This document shows, one piece after another, positions 19,654 to 29,681 of a DNA stretch of 64,000 nt. The notes under the pieces were generated by a model. The model saw only the letters and a list, made by a program, of their open reading frames with translations, did not search any database and had not been told where the DNA came from. Made by a program: the position numbers and the translations under genes. Positions within the stretch are counted from its first letter, which is position 1. Each line of letters opens with the position of its first letter. Source of the stretch: Candidatus Multivorans sp. (lineage in GTDB: Bacteria; Acidobacteriota; Thermoanaerobaculia; Multivoradales; Multivoraceae); the NCBI GenBank assembly GCA_965247095.1, contig OZ251997.1:576001-640000 (forward strand), read 5' to 3'.

Positions 19654-21921
19654 TCACCGCTGCCAGAGCCAGGTGACCTTGAGGATGAGCTGTCGGCCCT
19701 GCGTGCGTCGCTCCGAGAGCGACGGCGCCGTCCAGTTCTCGTTGTAGACGAGGAAGATGTCGGCGCCGGGTCGATAGATCCAGTGAAAGCGGATGTTGAC
19801 GCCGAGATCCTCGGCGGCGTCGTTGTACTGGGCGATCATGTTCAGTCGCAGATCCGGCGTGAACGACAGGTCGACGCCTTGGCTCCAGAGGTTGATCTCG
19901 AACGCGCCCTGCGGCAGCTCGACATCGTGGTACGTCCAGGTGGTGGAGGTGCGAACGAGGCGTGACAGGCGAAGACCGACCTCCTGTCGCAGGGAAGTCC
20001 AGTCGCCCTCGTAGAACTCACCCCAGTTGTTGAAGCTCCTCCAGGTCACCGATCGTGAGGCATCGGTCAGCATCAGCAGTTCCCAGCCGTCGAACTCGAA
20101 CAGGCCCGCCGGGATCACCACGCCAGGGTAGATCTCGAATGGCGCAAACAGCCGCTCCGTGGTGCGCATGGCGCCGAACTCCAGGAAGTCATTGGTGTTG
20201 AGGACCATGCCTAAGGGATACACGACAGTCTCCTCGCTCTCCAGACGTCCGTCGCTCGAGCGCTCGAAACGGCGGTGCGCGCCTTCGGCGTACCAGGAGC
20301 GGATACCACCGCGTTCGATCCGTGGCTGCCAGATAAAGCGCGGGTTGAGCAGGCGGAAGTTCTCGCGCAGCAGAAACCCCACGCCCGGATCGAAGTTCTG
20401 CTGCGACTCGATGAAGTCCAGTGACGTCGTGAGGGTGGAACCCTGGTATCCGAGGCCGGCCCCGAACGCAGCATCCTCGCCCTCGACCCCCGGCCGCTCA
20501 CTGCGGCTCCAGTAGCCGTTGAACTGGAGGAGTTGCGTCGGTTTGAACTCGAAGTCGAGGCCGTAGAGGTTCTCCGCTCCTCCTGTGGCGGGATCGCGCT
20601 GCGTGAAGACGGCGCCCACGCTGGAGCGCTCACCGATGTTGCGCTTCACCCGGGCGACGGCAAATCCGGTTTGCGCCGCGTGGCGGCCCCGGAGGTTGGT
20701 TGCTCCCGTGCCGAGCCCGAGGACGCCGAAGTTCCATTCGCCGAGCCGGCCGGTCAGGCGGCCCCCCGCCTCGATCGGCACCGTCTCGCCGCCGTCGAGC
20801 CCGATGCGGCGCGAGAAGAAGGCCTTCATCAGGGCGGGCAGCCACGGCACTCTCTGGGGGGGGCCGAACTCGAATATGCCCGCGTTCTCGAGAAAGAAGT
20901 CCCGTTTCTCGGGAAAGAAGAGGGAGAACCGGGTCAGGTTGACCTGCAGATCGTCGACCTCGACCTCGGCGAAGTCGGTGTTGTAGGTGAGATCGAGCGC
21001 CACTGACTTCGTCAGTCCCAACTTGATGTCGAGTCCGCCGTCGATGTCTGTCGTCGAAGTGCCGCTCGGGGGCTCTTCGGAGGCGAAGGCGATGAGGTAG
21101 GGCTTGACGTCGAGGCTGCGCGAGCGCCGAAGCCCGGCGAGCCCCGTCAGGGTGCCGGCCAGGGAAACCCGGTAGGCCGCGGCGTGGGACACGCCCGACG
21201 TGGTAATGGGCAACGCGGAACGCGGCAGATACGCCCAGTTCGCTTCCTCGCTCTTGCGGCGGATGAGTCGCTGCACGTTCAGGCCCCAGCGGTCGAGAGC
21301 CGGATCGAAGCGCAGGGTCGCGAAAGGAATCGCGATCTCCGCCGCCCAGCCATCGGTCGTCCGTCGGGCCTTTACCGACCACACACCGTCCCACTCCTTG
21401 TTGACGTCGCGCCCCTCGTCGGTGATCAGTGCATCGTGGCGAGCGCCGTTCGGATTGGTGGCGAAGGCGAAGGAATTGCGGCCGTCGAGAAACGTGTCGA
21501 ATACCAGAACGAAGGAGTCGTCGGAGGCGAGCTCCGCGTCGCGCTCCATCTCCTTGGCGATGATCTTCCCGGGCGCCCGATCGAACGCGCGCAGCCCCAC
21601 GTAGAGCGTCGTGGGGGTGTAGGCGATGGAGAACTCCGTCCGTTCGGTAGCCGGCGCTCCTTCGCGGGGCTCGCGTTGCCGAAAGTCTGTACCGACTTCG
21701 GCGCGTCGCCACGCGGGCTCGTCGAGCCGACCGTCGACGACGATCGGCTGGTCGATTGCGAGCGCCCCGATCGAGGGGCGCTCGGTGAGATCGGCATCCA
21801 CCTGACCGACCGCCGGCGCACCGAGTGTCAGCGTGATGACGAATAGAGCCAGCCGGTCGGAGGCCTTGGGATTTGCCCCTTCCGGCTGGTTGCGACGGCT
21901 GTTTCGAGGGTTGGCGCTCAT
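19654..21921 (-). CDS. CBM9-like/DUF5916 family outer-membrane protein
   Basis: DGRLDEPAW, WAAEIAIPFATLRF, NTDFAEVEVD, LFFPEKRDFFLE, FFSRRIG; start uncertain. Confidence 0.85.
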   Translation of the reverse strand: MSANPRNSRRNQPEGANPKASDRLALFVITLTLGAPAVGQVDADLTERPSIGALAIDQPIVVDGRLDEPAWRRAEVGTDFRQREPREGAPATERTEFSIAYTPTTLYVGLRAFDRAPGKIIAKEMERDAELASDDSFVLVFDTFLDGRNSFAFATNPNGARHDALITDEGRDVNKEWDGVWSVKARRTTDGWAAEIAIPFATLRFDPALDRWGLNVQRLIRRKSEEANWAYLPRSALPITTSGVSHAAAYRVSLAGTLTGLAGLRRSRSLDVKPYLIAFASEEPPSGTSTTDIDGGLDIKLGLTKSVALDLTYNTDFAEVEVDDLQVNLTRFSLFFPEKRDFFLENAGIFEFGPPQRVPWLPALMKAFFSRRIGLDGGETVPIEAGGRLTGRLGEWNFGVLGLGTGATNLRGRHAAQTGFAVARVKRNIGERSSVGAVFTQRDPATGGAENLYGLDFEFKPTQLLQFNGYWSRSERPGVEGEDAAFGAGLGYQGSTLTTSLDFIESQQNFDPGVGFLLRENFRLLNPRFIWQPRIERGGIRSWYAEGAHRRFERSSDGRLESEETVVYPLGMVLNTNDFLEFGAMRTTERLFAPFEIYPGVVIPAGLFEFDGWELLMLTDASRSVTWRSFNNWGEFYEGDWTSLRQEVGLRLSRLVRTSTTWTYHDVELPQGAFEINLWSQGVDLSFTPDLRLNMIAQYNDAAEDLGVNIRFHWIYRPGADIFLVYNENWTAPSLSERRTQGRQLILKVTWLWQR

Positions 21922-21925
21922 AAAC

Positions 21926-21942
21926 CTTAAGGTTTTCTAAGG
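21926..21942 (+). promoter_or_regulatory. Candidate regulator site CTTAAGGTTTTCTAAGG
   Basis: In the divergent promoter region; contains palindrome AAACCTTAAGGTTT and direct repeat TAAGGTTTT; resembles 14666-14682. Confidence 0.45.
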
Positions 21943-22017
21943 TTTTGCTCTAGATCAAACGCTGTTCGATCGGTCAGAGTATCGTTGTTTGTGCTTCAGC
22001 GGAAACCGGAGGTGACC

Positions 22018-24801
22018 ATGTCGAAGATGCGTCTGGCGGTGTTTGTTTCTCTGCTTCTGGTGATGATCGCGGCGCCGGCCCTTGCCCAGAACGTCGGCAC
22101 GGTCCGGGGCGAGGTCCGCGACGCGAACGGCGACCCGCTGCCGGGCGTGATGATCGAAGTCGACGGGCCGCTGGTGCGCGGCGACCGCTCGACGACGACG
22201 GGCGTGAACGGCGAGTTCCTCGTCAGTGCGCTCAATCCGGGCGCGATCTCGGTCACCGGAACGCTCGACGGCTTCGAGGACGAGACCGTCGAGGATGTCC
22301 GCATCTCGATCTCCCAGACCAGCACGGTGCACATGGTCCTCCAGCTCGTCGCGACCACGGAGGAGATCACGGTGACCTCGGAACGCCCGATCCTGGACGT
22401 GACGAGCAACGTGATCAGCACCCACTTCACGGAGGACTTCATCGACGACCTGCCGACGAAGCGCAGCTTCCAGGACTACGCGGGCATGGCCAAGGGCGTC
22501 ACGATGCAGGGGCGGGACCAGACCTACGGCGACTGGCGCTACATTGCCTACGGCAGCAGCCCGGTGGCGAACGCCTGGAACATGGACGGGCTCAACTCCT
22601 CCATGCACGACTATGGCGGCGTCTGGTGGTGGATCAACCCGGACACGATCTCCGAGATCCAGGTGCTCGGCGTAGCGGCGCCGGCGGAGTATGGCGGCAT
22701 GTCCGGCGCGGCGATCAACGTGGTCACGAAGTCCGGCACGAACGAGTTCGACGGCCGCCTGAACTACTACGGCCAGTTCGACTCGATGACCGCCGAGGGC
22801 CCGACGTCCCCCGGACTGTCCGGCGACGAGACCGGCTTCTACCGGGACAAGTTCAACAATTACACCCTGTCGCTGGGCGGCGCGTTCAGCCCGGACAAGC
22901 TGTGGTATTTCCTGTCGCTTGAGTACAAGGAGGACGCGCTCGGGGAGCCGGGCTCGATTCGGGAGTTCGTCCGCCCGGACCTCTGGGAGCGCTCCGCCCT
23001 GAAGCTCGACTGGACCTTCAACCCGTCGAACACCCTGACGCTGGGCGCCCAGTACGAGGACTACGACTGGCAGCAGGCTTCGGATCCGTTCCGCGACCAG
23101 GACGCACGGACGCACGAGTTCGGTAACCGGCCTGCCTGGCGGATCGGCTGGCAGTCCGTGTTCTCGAACCGGACCTTCTTCGAATTCAACGTAGCGGAGT
23201 TCGACAACTACGACCGCGTGGCCTCGGTCACCGGCAGCACGGACCCGCCCTTCGTGGACTACACGCAGCCGGTCCCCACCACCGTCGGCGGGCCGCGATA
23301 TCCGTACGACTACGGCCCCAAGATGGTGCGTTCAAGCGCCAAGCTGACCCACTTCGCGGACGACCTGGCCGGCAGCCACGAGTTCAAGTTCGGCGTCCAG
23401 TTCACGGACGCGACGACCAAGACGCCCCAGCTCTACCCCGGTTCGGGCGGTCTCTACTACGCGAAGTTCTCCGAGAGCTTCTACTGGCGCTACACCCGGC
23501 AGCAGCACTACTACGGCAGCGACTCGACGTCGCTTGGGCTGTTCGTGGACGACTCGTGGAACCTGGGCGGGAAGACGACGCTGAACCTGGGTGTGCGCTA
23601 CGACAAGGACAACGGCGGCATTCCACCGTACGAGGTGCTTCTGTCGCACGGCGGGGGCAAGGGGAACGCGGTGACCAGCGGCGAGTTCTACCCCGCCTAC
23701 GACGACCTGGTCGACTGGGAGAACATCTCGCCGCGCTTGGGGATCGCCCGCCAGGTCGGCGAAGGGGCTCGGCAGGGCGTGCTGCGCGCGTCCTACGGCA
23801 AGTACTTCGAGGCGAACACCACCTCGATGTGGAACGGCCCCCATCCCGACCGGCCGCCTTCCGTGTACGCCTTCAGCTACTACCGGAACGGACCGTTCTA
23901 CGTCTACCGCAGCGTTTCTGACGAAAGCCTCATCGAACCGGACCCGAACATGAAGGCGCCCGAGTACGACCAGTACGCGCTCGGCTATGAGCAGCAACTC
24001 AGCGAGACCCTGACGATCGGCGCCGAGGTCGTCATCAAGGAGGGCAAGAACCTGATCGGCTGGCAGATTCTCGACGACGGCGTCTACGAGGAGGTGCCCT
24101 ATGTCAATCCGGAGACGGGCGAGACGATGACGCTCTACAGCGTCATCGAGGAGCCGACGCGCCGCAAGGGCAACAGCCCGGGACCGGGTGCGAACGCGCC
24201 GCCCGATGCGAGGTACTACCAGGACTACCAGGGGATCTTCGTCAGCCTGACCAAGCGGAAGGTCGGCAGATGGGGGCTCAACATGTCGCTTGGCTGGTCG
24301 AAGTCGGAGGGGCGGACTTCACGGCACCGCGACCAGCGCCAGGCCGAGCCCATCTTCGGCGGTCTGGAGGGCGCGGATCCGAACCTCCATATCAACGCGG
24401 AAGGGTTGCTGCAGGCGGACCGGACTTGGGTCTTCGCCGCCCAGGGGCAGGTCGACCTGCCCTGGAAGCTCCGGGGAACGGGCGTGTTGAAGGTCCAGGA
24501 CGGGCGGCCGTACGCCCTGTTCCAGCGGGTGCAATTGGCCCAGGGCAGAGTCGATGTCGGGTTGACCCCGCGTGAAGATGGTCGGCGGATGCCGGGCAAC
24601 AAGCTCCTCGACCTCGGGATCGGGCGTTCCTTCTCACTCGGGAATGACGTCTCGCTCGGTATCGACCTGCAGGTCCTGAATGCCCTGAACGACGACGGCT
24701 GGGACTACTGGCAGAGCACCGCGTTCAGGGACGGCAATCTCGTTCCTACCATCTACCAGTATCCGCGCCGGCTGATGCTGCGGCTGAGCTTCGACTTCTA
24801 G
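22018..24801 (+). CDS. TonB-dependent receptor (Oar-like, N-terminal carboxypeptidase-regulatory domain), copy 1
   Basis: Signal peptide, G.V.D.NG.PLPGV, plug AEYGGMSGAAINVVTKSGTNEF, TLNLGVRYD, C-terminal LRLSFDF. Confidence 0.92.
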   Translation: MSKMRLAVFVSLLLVMIAAPALAQNVGTVRGEVRDANGDPLPGVMIEVDGPLVRGDRSTTTGVNGEFLVSALNPGAISVTGTLDGFEDETVEDVRISISQTSTVHMVLQLVATTEEITVTSERPILDVTSNVISTHFTEDFIDDLPTKRSFQDYAGMAKGVTMQGRDQTYGDWRYIAYGSSPVANAWNMDGLNSSMHDYGGVWWWINPDTISEIQVLGVAAPAEYGGMSGAAINVVTKSGTNEFDGRLNYYGQFDSMTAEGPTSPGLSGDETGFYRDKFNNYTLSLGGAFSPDKLWYFLSLEYKEDALGEPGSIREFVRPDLWERSALKLDWTFNPSNTLTLGAQYEDYDWQQASDPFRDQDARTHEFGNRPAWRIGWQSVFSNRTFFEFNVAEFDNYDRVASVTGSTDPPFVDYTQPVPTTVGGPRYPYDYGPKMVRSSAKLTHFADDLAGSHEFKFGVQFTDATTKTPQLYPGSGGLYYAKFSESFYWRYTRQQHYYGSDSTSLGLFVDDSWNLGGKTTLNLGVRYDKDNGGIPPYEVLLSHGGGKGNAVTSGEFYPAYDDLVDWENISPRLGIARQVGEGARQGVLRASYGKYFEANTTSMWNGPHPDRPPSVYAFSYYRNGPFYVYRSVSDESLIEPDPNMKAPEYDQYALGYEQQLSETLTIGAEVVIKEGKNLIGWQILDDGVYEEVPYVNPETGETMTLYSVIEEPTRRKGNSPGPGANAPPDARYYQDYQGIFVSLTKRKVGRWGLNMSLGWSKSEGRTSRHRDQRQAEPIFGGLEGADPNLHINAEGLLQADRTWVFAAQGQVDLPWKLRGTGVLKVQDGRPYALFQRVQLAQGRVDVGLTPREDGRRMPGNKLLDLGIGRSFSLGNDVSLGIDLQVLNALNDDGWDYWQSTAFRDGNLVPTIYQYPRRLMLRLSFDF

Positions 24802-24810
24802 GAGATCATT

Positions 24811-26667
24811 GTGATGCTTACAAGGAAGGTCGTTCGGGTGACCGGAACTTCGGGTTGGAGTCCGTCGAGGCATGGGCAATGGAAACCCTTCTTGTGCCTG
24901 GCGCTGCTGGCGGCCCTGTGGTGCGCACCGGCCCTTGCCACGGAGGGTGACTGGCCGCAGTGGCGTGGCCCGGCCAGAGACGGATATGCGCCCGTGGCCG
25001 GCAACGAGAGCCTTGCCGCCGCGCTTCATGGTCCGCTGCCGGCGGCGCTGCACCAGGTATGGAAGGTGGAGGTCGGGCTCGGGCAGTCGGCGCCGATCCT
25101 CCACCAGGGCCGGCTGTACATCCATGTGCGACAGGGCGAGGATGAAGTCGTTCTGGCGCTCGACCCGGAGACGGGCGAGGAGATCTGGCGCTACGCGTAC
25201 CCGGTCCCCTACGTGGAGGTGAATCACGCTTCGGCGTGGGGCCCGGGCCCGAAGTCGACTCTGACCGCGGTCGGGGACACGCTCTACACCTTCGGCGTCA
25301 CGGAGAGGCTGCACGCCATCGACGCGGAGCAGGGCGACGTGCGCTGGGACAAGAACTACGACGACATCTACAAGCAGCCGTACCCCGAGTGCGGCACCAG
25401 CGCGTCGCCCCTGGTCGAGGGCGATCTTCTCATCGTGCCGATCGGTCAGACCTGGCCGGATCCGTCACTCGAGAGCCTGGGAGAGCTGGTGGCCTACAAC
25501 CGCCTCACGGGCCAGGAGGTGTGGCGCACCGAGAAGCTGCCCCCGGGCTACGCCTCGGCGATGGCGTTCACGATCGAGGGAGTCCGGCAGATCGTCACCA
25601 CGACCCAGAACCACGTGGTCGGGATTCGCGCCAGCGACGGCAAGACGCTGTGGAAGAAGGAAATGCGGATCTTCATGGAGCAGAACATCCCGACGCCGGT
25701 CCTGTACGACGGCAAGGTTTTGATCGGTGGCTACCACTGGGGAAACGCGCTGCTCGATTTCGAGCCGAGCGGCAGCGACGAGCTCTGGGACGTCGACAGC
25801 GTCTGGGCGACGAAGCGGCACGAGATGTACATGGACTCGCCGGTGCTGGTAGGCGACTACGTCTACTTCCGTTCGCACAAGAGGCTCGGAACGATGGTCT
25901 GCGTCGACATCCGGACCGGCGAGCAGTGCTGGCAGGGTCCGCCTCAGGCGGCGCGGTACGCGGCCTTCGTCGTCGTTGGTGAGGACCGGCTCCTGGTGCT
26001 CACGGACAACGGCGACATCAAGGTGCTCGCGGCGGATCCCTCCGAATACCAGGAGCTCGCCTCATGGGAGGTCGCCGACACTCCAGTCTTCACCCATCTG
26101 ACGGTCGCCGGGTCGCGGATGTACGTCAAGGACGAGGCTCATCTCGCCGTATTCGAGATCGCGGCGGACCAGGTCACGGAGGCTCCGGACAGCCCGGCAG
26201 ACGCGGTCGTCGCGGACGCATGGACGCCGACGCCGGAAGACGAGGCGGCGGCGCTCGAGGCCGTCAACAGGCTGCTCGACACGCAGAAGGAAGCGACGAG
26301 CTGGGAGCAGGTCGAGGAGCACCTGAGCTACTGGGCCGAGGACTTCAGCGACTACTCCGGCCAGACGAAGGCGGACTGGGTCGTCATGTACCGGAACATC
26401 TTCGACCGGATCGGGCGGATCGGTTCTCCGCTCGGGTTCGACTCCGAGTCGATGTACGTCGAGTGGCTCGGTGAGACGGCGGTCGTCCGGGGCATCTTCA
26501 TCGACTTCCGGCCCCGCCGGCAGGCGATCATGGAGCAGTTCTACATGGTCAAGAAGTACGGCGACCGGTGGCTTGTCAACGCGACCGACAACAGGCCCAT
26601 CTGGGAGAGATGGGGCGAGGGAGGGGAGCTCAAGAGCACCGCCTTCGGCGCGGAGCCGGAGCAGTAG
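24811..26667 (+). CDS. Secreted PQQ-like beta-propeller with C-terminal NTF2/SnoaL-like domain, copy 1
   Basis: DWPQWRGP, propeller blades; C-terminal alpha+beta domain (YWAEDF..AVVRG..KKYGDRWLV). Confidence 0.78.
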   Translation: MMLTRKVVRVTGTSGWSPSRHGQWKPFLCLALLAALWCAPALATEGDWPQWRGPARDGYAPVAGNESLAAALHGPLPAALHQVWKVEVGLGQSAPILHQGRLYIHVRQGEDEVVLALDPETGEEIWRYAYPVPYVEVNHASAWGPGPKSTLTAVGDTLYTFGVTERLHAIDAEQGDVRWDKNYDDIYKQPYPECGTSASPLVEGDLLIVPIGQTWPDPSLESLGELVAYNRLTGQEVWRTEKLPPGYASAMAFTIEGVRQIVTTTQNHVVGIRASDGKTLWKKEMRIFMEQNIPTPVLYDGKVLIGGYHWGNALLDFEPSGSDELWDVDSVWATKRHEMYMDSPVLVGDYVYFRSHKRLGTMVCVDIRTGEQCWQGPPQAARYAAFVVVGEDRLLVLTDNGDIKVLAADPSEYQELASWEVADTPVFTHLTVAGSRMYVKDEAHLAVFEIAADQVTEAPDSPADAVVADAWTPTPEDEAAALEAVNRLLDTQKEATSWEQVEEHLSYWAEDFSDYSGQTKADWVVMYRNIFDRIGRIGSPLGFDSESMYVEWLGETAVVRGIFIDFRPRRQAIMEQFYMVKKYGDRWLVNATDNRPIWERWGEGGELKSTAFGAEPEQ

Positions 26668-26843
26668 GGTCCTCGGTCTCCAGGCCAGGATCCTTGCGGC
26701 GCCGCGAGGTTCGGTTCGGCGTGCGTCCGTTTCGACTTCTTCGACCGCAACCCGGCGCTCGACCTGCCCTGATTTCGGCCGGCGGAGGCTCCGTTGGTTC
26801 GGGTAGACTGGGACAGCTTCCAGGAACAGAGCCGGAGGTGGCC

Positions 26844-29627
26844 ATGTCGAAGATGCGTGCGTTGGTGTCGGTTTCTCTTCTCCTTCTCTTCATCGTCGCC
26901 CCGGCGCTGGCCCAGAACGTCGGCACGGTCCGCGGCGAGGTGCGCGACGCGAACGGCGACCCGCTGCCGGGCGTGATGATCGAAGTCGACGGTCCGCTGG
27001 TGCGCGGCGACCGCTCGACGACGACGGGCGTCAACGGCGAGTTCCTCGTCAGTGCGCTCAATCCGGGCGCGATCTCGGTCACCGGAACGCTCGACGGCTT
27101 CGAGGACGAGACGGTCGAGGACATCCGGATCTCGATCTCGCAGACCAGCACCGTGCACATGGTCCTCCAGCTCGCCGCGACCTCGGAGGAGATCACGGTG
27201 ACCTCGGAGCGGCCGATCCTGGACGTGACGAGCAACGTGATCAGTACCCACCTGACCGAGGACTTCATCGACGACCTGCCGACGAAGCGCAGCTTCCAGG
27301 ACTACGCGAGCATGGCCAAGGGGGTGACGCTCCAGGGGCGCGACCAGACCTACGGCGACTGGAGGTACTCGGTCTACGGCAGCGGCGGGGTGCAGAACAA
27401 CTGGAACATGGACGGCCTCAACTCCGCCATGCACGACTACGGCGGCGTCTGGTGGTGGATCAACCCGGACACGATCTCCGAGGTCCAGGTGCTCGGCGTG
27501 GGCGCCCCGGCGGAGTACGGAGGCATGTCCGGCGGTGCGATCAACATCGTCACGAAGTCCGGGACGAACGAGTTCGACGGCCGCCTGAACTACTACGGCC
27601 AGTTCGACTCGCTGACCGCCGAGGGCCCGACGTCCCCCGGACTCACCGGCGAGGAGACCGGCTTCTATCGGGACAAGTTCAACAACTACACTCTGGCGCT
27701 GGGCGGCGCGTTCATCCCGGACAAGCTGTGGTACTTCCTGTCGCTCGAGTACAAGGAGGACGCCCTTGGGGAGCCGGGCTCGGTTCGGGAGTTCGTCCGG
27801 CCGGACCTCTGGGAGCGCTCCGCCCTGAAGCTCGACTGGACCTTCAACCCGTCGAACACCTTGACGCTGGGCACCCAGTACGAGGACTACGACTGGCAGC
27901 AGTCATCGGATCCCTTTCGCTCGCAAGACGCGCAGACGCACGAGTTCGGCATCCGGCCTGCCTTCCGGCTCGGCTGGCAGTCCGTGTTCTCGAACCGGAC
28001 GTTCTTCGAGGTGAACGTCGCGGATTTCGACAATTACGACCGGGTGGCCTCGGTCACCGGCAGCACGGAACCGCCCTTCGTGGACTACACGCAGCCGGCG
28101 CCCACGACCGTCGGCGGACCGAGGTATCCGTACGACTACGGACCCGCGATGGTTCGCACCAGCGCCAAGCTGACCCACTTCGCGGACGACCTCGCCGGCA
28201 GTCACGAGTTCAAGTTCGGCGTCCAGTTCACGGACGCGACGACGAAGACGCCGCAGCTCTACCCGGGTTCGAGCGGTCTCTACTACGCGAAGTTCGCCGA
28301 GAGCTTCTACTGGCGCTACACCCGGCAGCAGCACTACTACGGCAGCGACTCGACCTCTCTCGGGCTGTTCGCGGACGACTCGTGGAACCTGGGCGGCAAG
28401 ACGACCCTGAACCTCGGCGTGCGCTACGACCATGACAACGGCGGCATTCCCCCTTACGAGGTGCTCCTGTCGCATGGGGGTGGCAGGGGCAACTTCGTCA
28501 CGAACGGGGAGTTCTACCCCGCCTACCCCGACCTGGTCGACTGGAAGAACATCTCGCCGCGGCTGGGGATCGCCCATCAGGTCGGCGAAGGCGAGCGGCA
28601 GGGCGTACTGCGCATCTCCTACGGCAAGTACTTCGAGGCGAACAGCACGTCATTCTGGAACGGCCCCCATCCCGACCGGCCGCCCTCGGTCTTCGCCTTC
28701 AGCTACTACCGGAACGGCCCTTGGTACGTCTACCGGACGGTCGAGGACGAGAACCTGATCGAGCCGGACCCGAACATGAAGGCGCCCGAGTACGACCAGT
28801 ACGCGCTCGGCTACGAGCAGCAGCTCAGCGAGACGCTGACCCTAGGCGCCGAGCTCGTCGTCAAGCGCGGCACGAACCTGATCGGCTGGCACATCCTCGG
28901 CGACGGCGTCTACGAGGAAGTACCGTTCGAGAACCCGGAGACGGGCGAGATGATGACGCTCTACAGCATCGTCGAGGAGCCGACGCGGCGCAAGGGCAAC
29001 AGCCCGGGGCCCGGCGCGAACGCGCCCCCCGGCGCGAGGTACTACCAGGACTACGAGGGCATCTTCGTGAGTCTGACCAAGCGGAAGGTCGGCCGGTGGG
29101 GGATGAACGCGTCGCTCGGCTGGTCGAACTCGGAGGGATTCTCGGCAAAGAACATCAACCAACAACAGCAGGAGCCCTTCTACGGGGGCCAGTGGGGTGC
29201 GGATCCGAACCACCACATCAACGCCGACGCGCTGTTGCAGGCGGACCGCACCTGGGTCTTCGCGGGCCAGGCCCAGGTCGACCTGCCCTGGAAGCTGCGC
29301 GGAGCGGCGGTGCTGAAGGTCCAGGACGGCCGGCCGTACGCGCTGTTCCAGCGGATACCACTGGGTCAGGGCCTGGTCGATGTCGCCCTGCGTCCGCGGG
29401 AGGACGACCGGAGGATGCCGGGCAGCGCAACGCTCGACCTGGCCATCGGGCGCAACTTCTCGCTCGGCGGTGATGTCTCGTTCGGCGTCGACCTGCAGGT
29501 CCTGAACGCCCTGAACGAAGACGCGTGGGACTGGTGGCAGAACCAAGGGTTCAGGGACGGCAATCTGGTGCCTTCCCTCTACCAGTATCCGCGCCGGTTG
29601 ATGCTGCGGCTCAGCTTCGACTTCTAG
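26844..29627 (+). CDS. TonB-dependent receptor (Oar-like), copy 2
   Basis: Paralog of 22018-24801; GGAGG RBS before ATG 26844. Confidence 0.92.
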   Translation: MSKMRALVSVSLLLLFIVAPALAQNVGTVRGEVRDANGDPLPGVMIEVDGPLVRGDRSTTTGVNGEFLVSALNPGAISVTGTLDGFEDETVEDIRISISQTSTVHMVLQLAATSEEITVTSERPILDVTSNVISTHLTEDFIDDLPTKRSFQDYASMAKGVTLQGRDQTYGDWRYSVYGSGGVQNNWNMDGLNSAMHDYGGVWWWINPDTISEVQVLGVGAPAEYGGMSGGAINIVTKSGTNEFDGRLNYYGQFDSLTAEGPTSPGLTGEETGFYRDKFNNYTLALGGAFIPDKLWYFLSLEYKEDALGEPGSVREFVRPDLWERSALKLDWTFNPSNTLTLGTQYEDYDWQQSSDPFRSQDAQTHEFGIRPAFRLGWQSVFSNRTFFEVNVADFDNYDRVASVTGSTEPPFVDYTQPAPTTVGGPRYPYDYGPAMVRTSAKLTHFADDLAGSHEFKFGVQFTDATTKTPQLYPGSSGLYYAKFAESFYWRYTRQQHYYGSDSTSLGLFADDSWNLGGKTTLNLGVRYDHDNGGIPPYEVLLSHGGGRGNFVTNGEFYPAYPDLVDWKNISPRLGIAHQVGEGERQGVLRISYGKYFEANSTSFWNGPHPDRPPSVFAFSYYRNGPWYVYRTVEDENLIEPDPNMKAPEYDQYALGYEQQLSETLTLGAELVVKRGTNLIGWHILGDGVYEEVPFENPETGEMMTLYSIVEEPTRRKGNSPGPGANAPPGARYYQDYEGIFVSLTKRKVGRWGMNASLGWSNSEGFSAKNINQQQQEPFYGGQWGADPNHHINADALLQADRTWVFAGQAQVDLPWKLRGAAVLKVQDGRPYALFQRIPLGQGLVDVALRPREDDRRMPGSATLDLAIGRNFSLGGDVSFGVDLQVLNALNEDAWDWWQNQGFRDGNLVPSLYQYPRRLMLRLSFDF

Positions 29628-29681
29628 GCTGCGGCCGTTCGGTCCGGGCCTGACTACTGACCTCGATCAGAGGAGATCATC

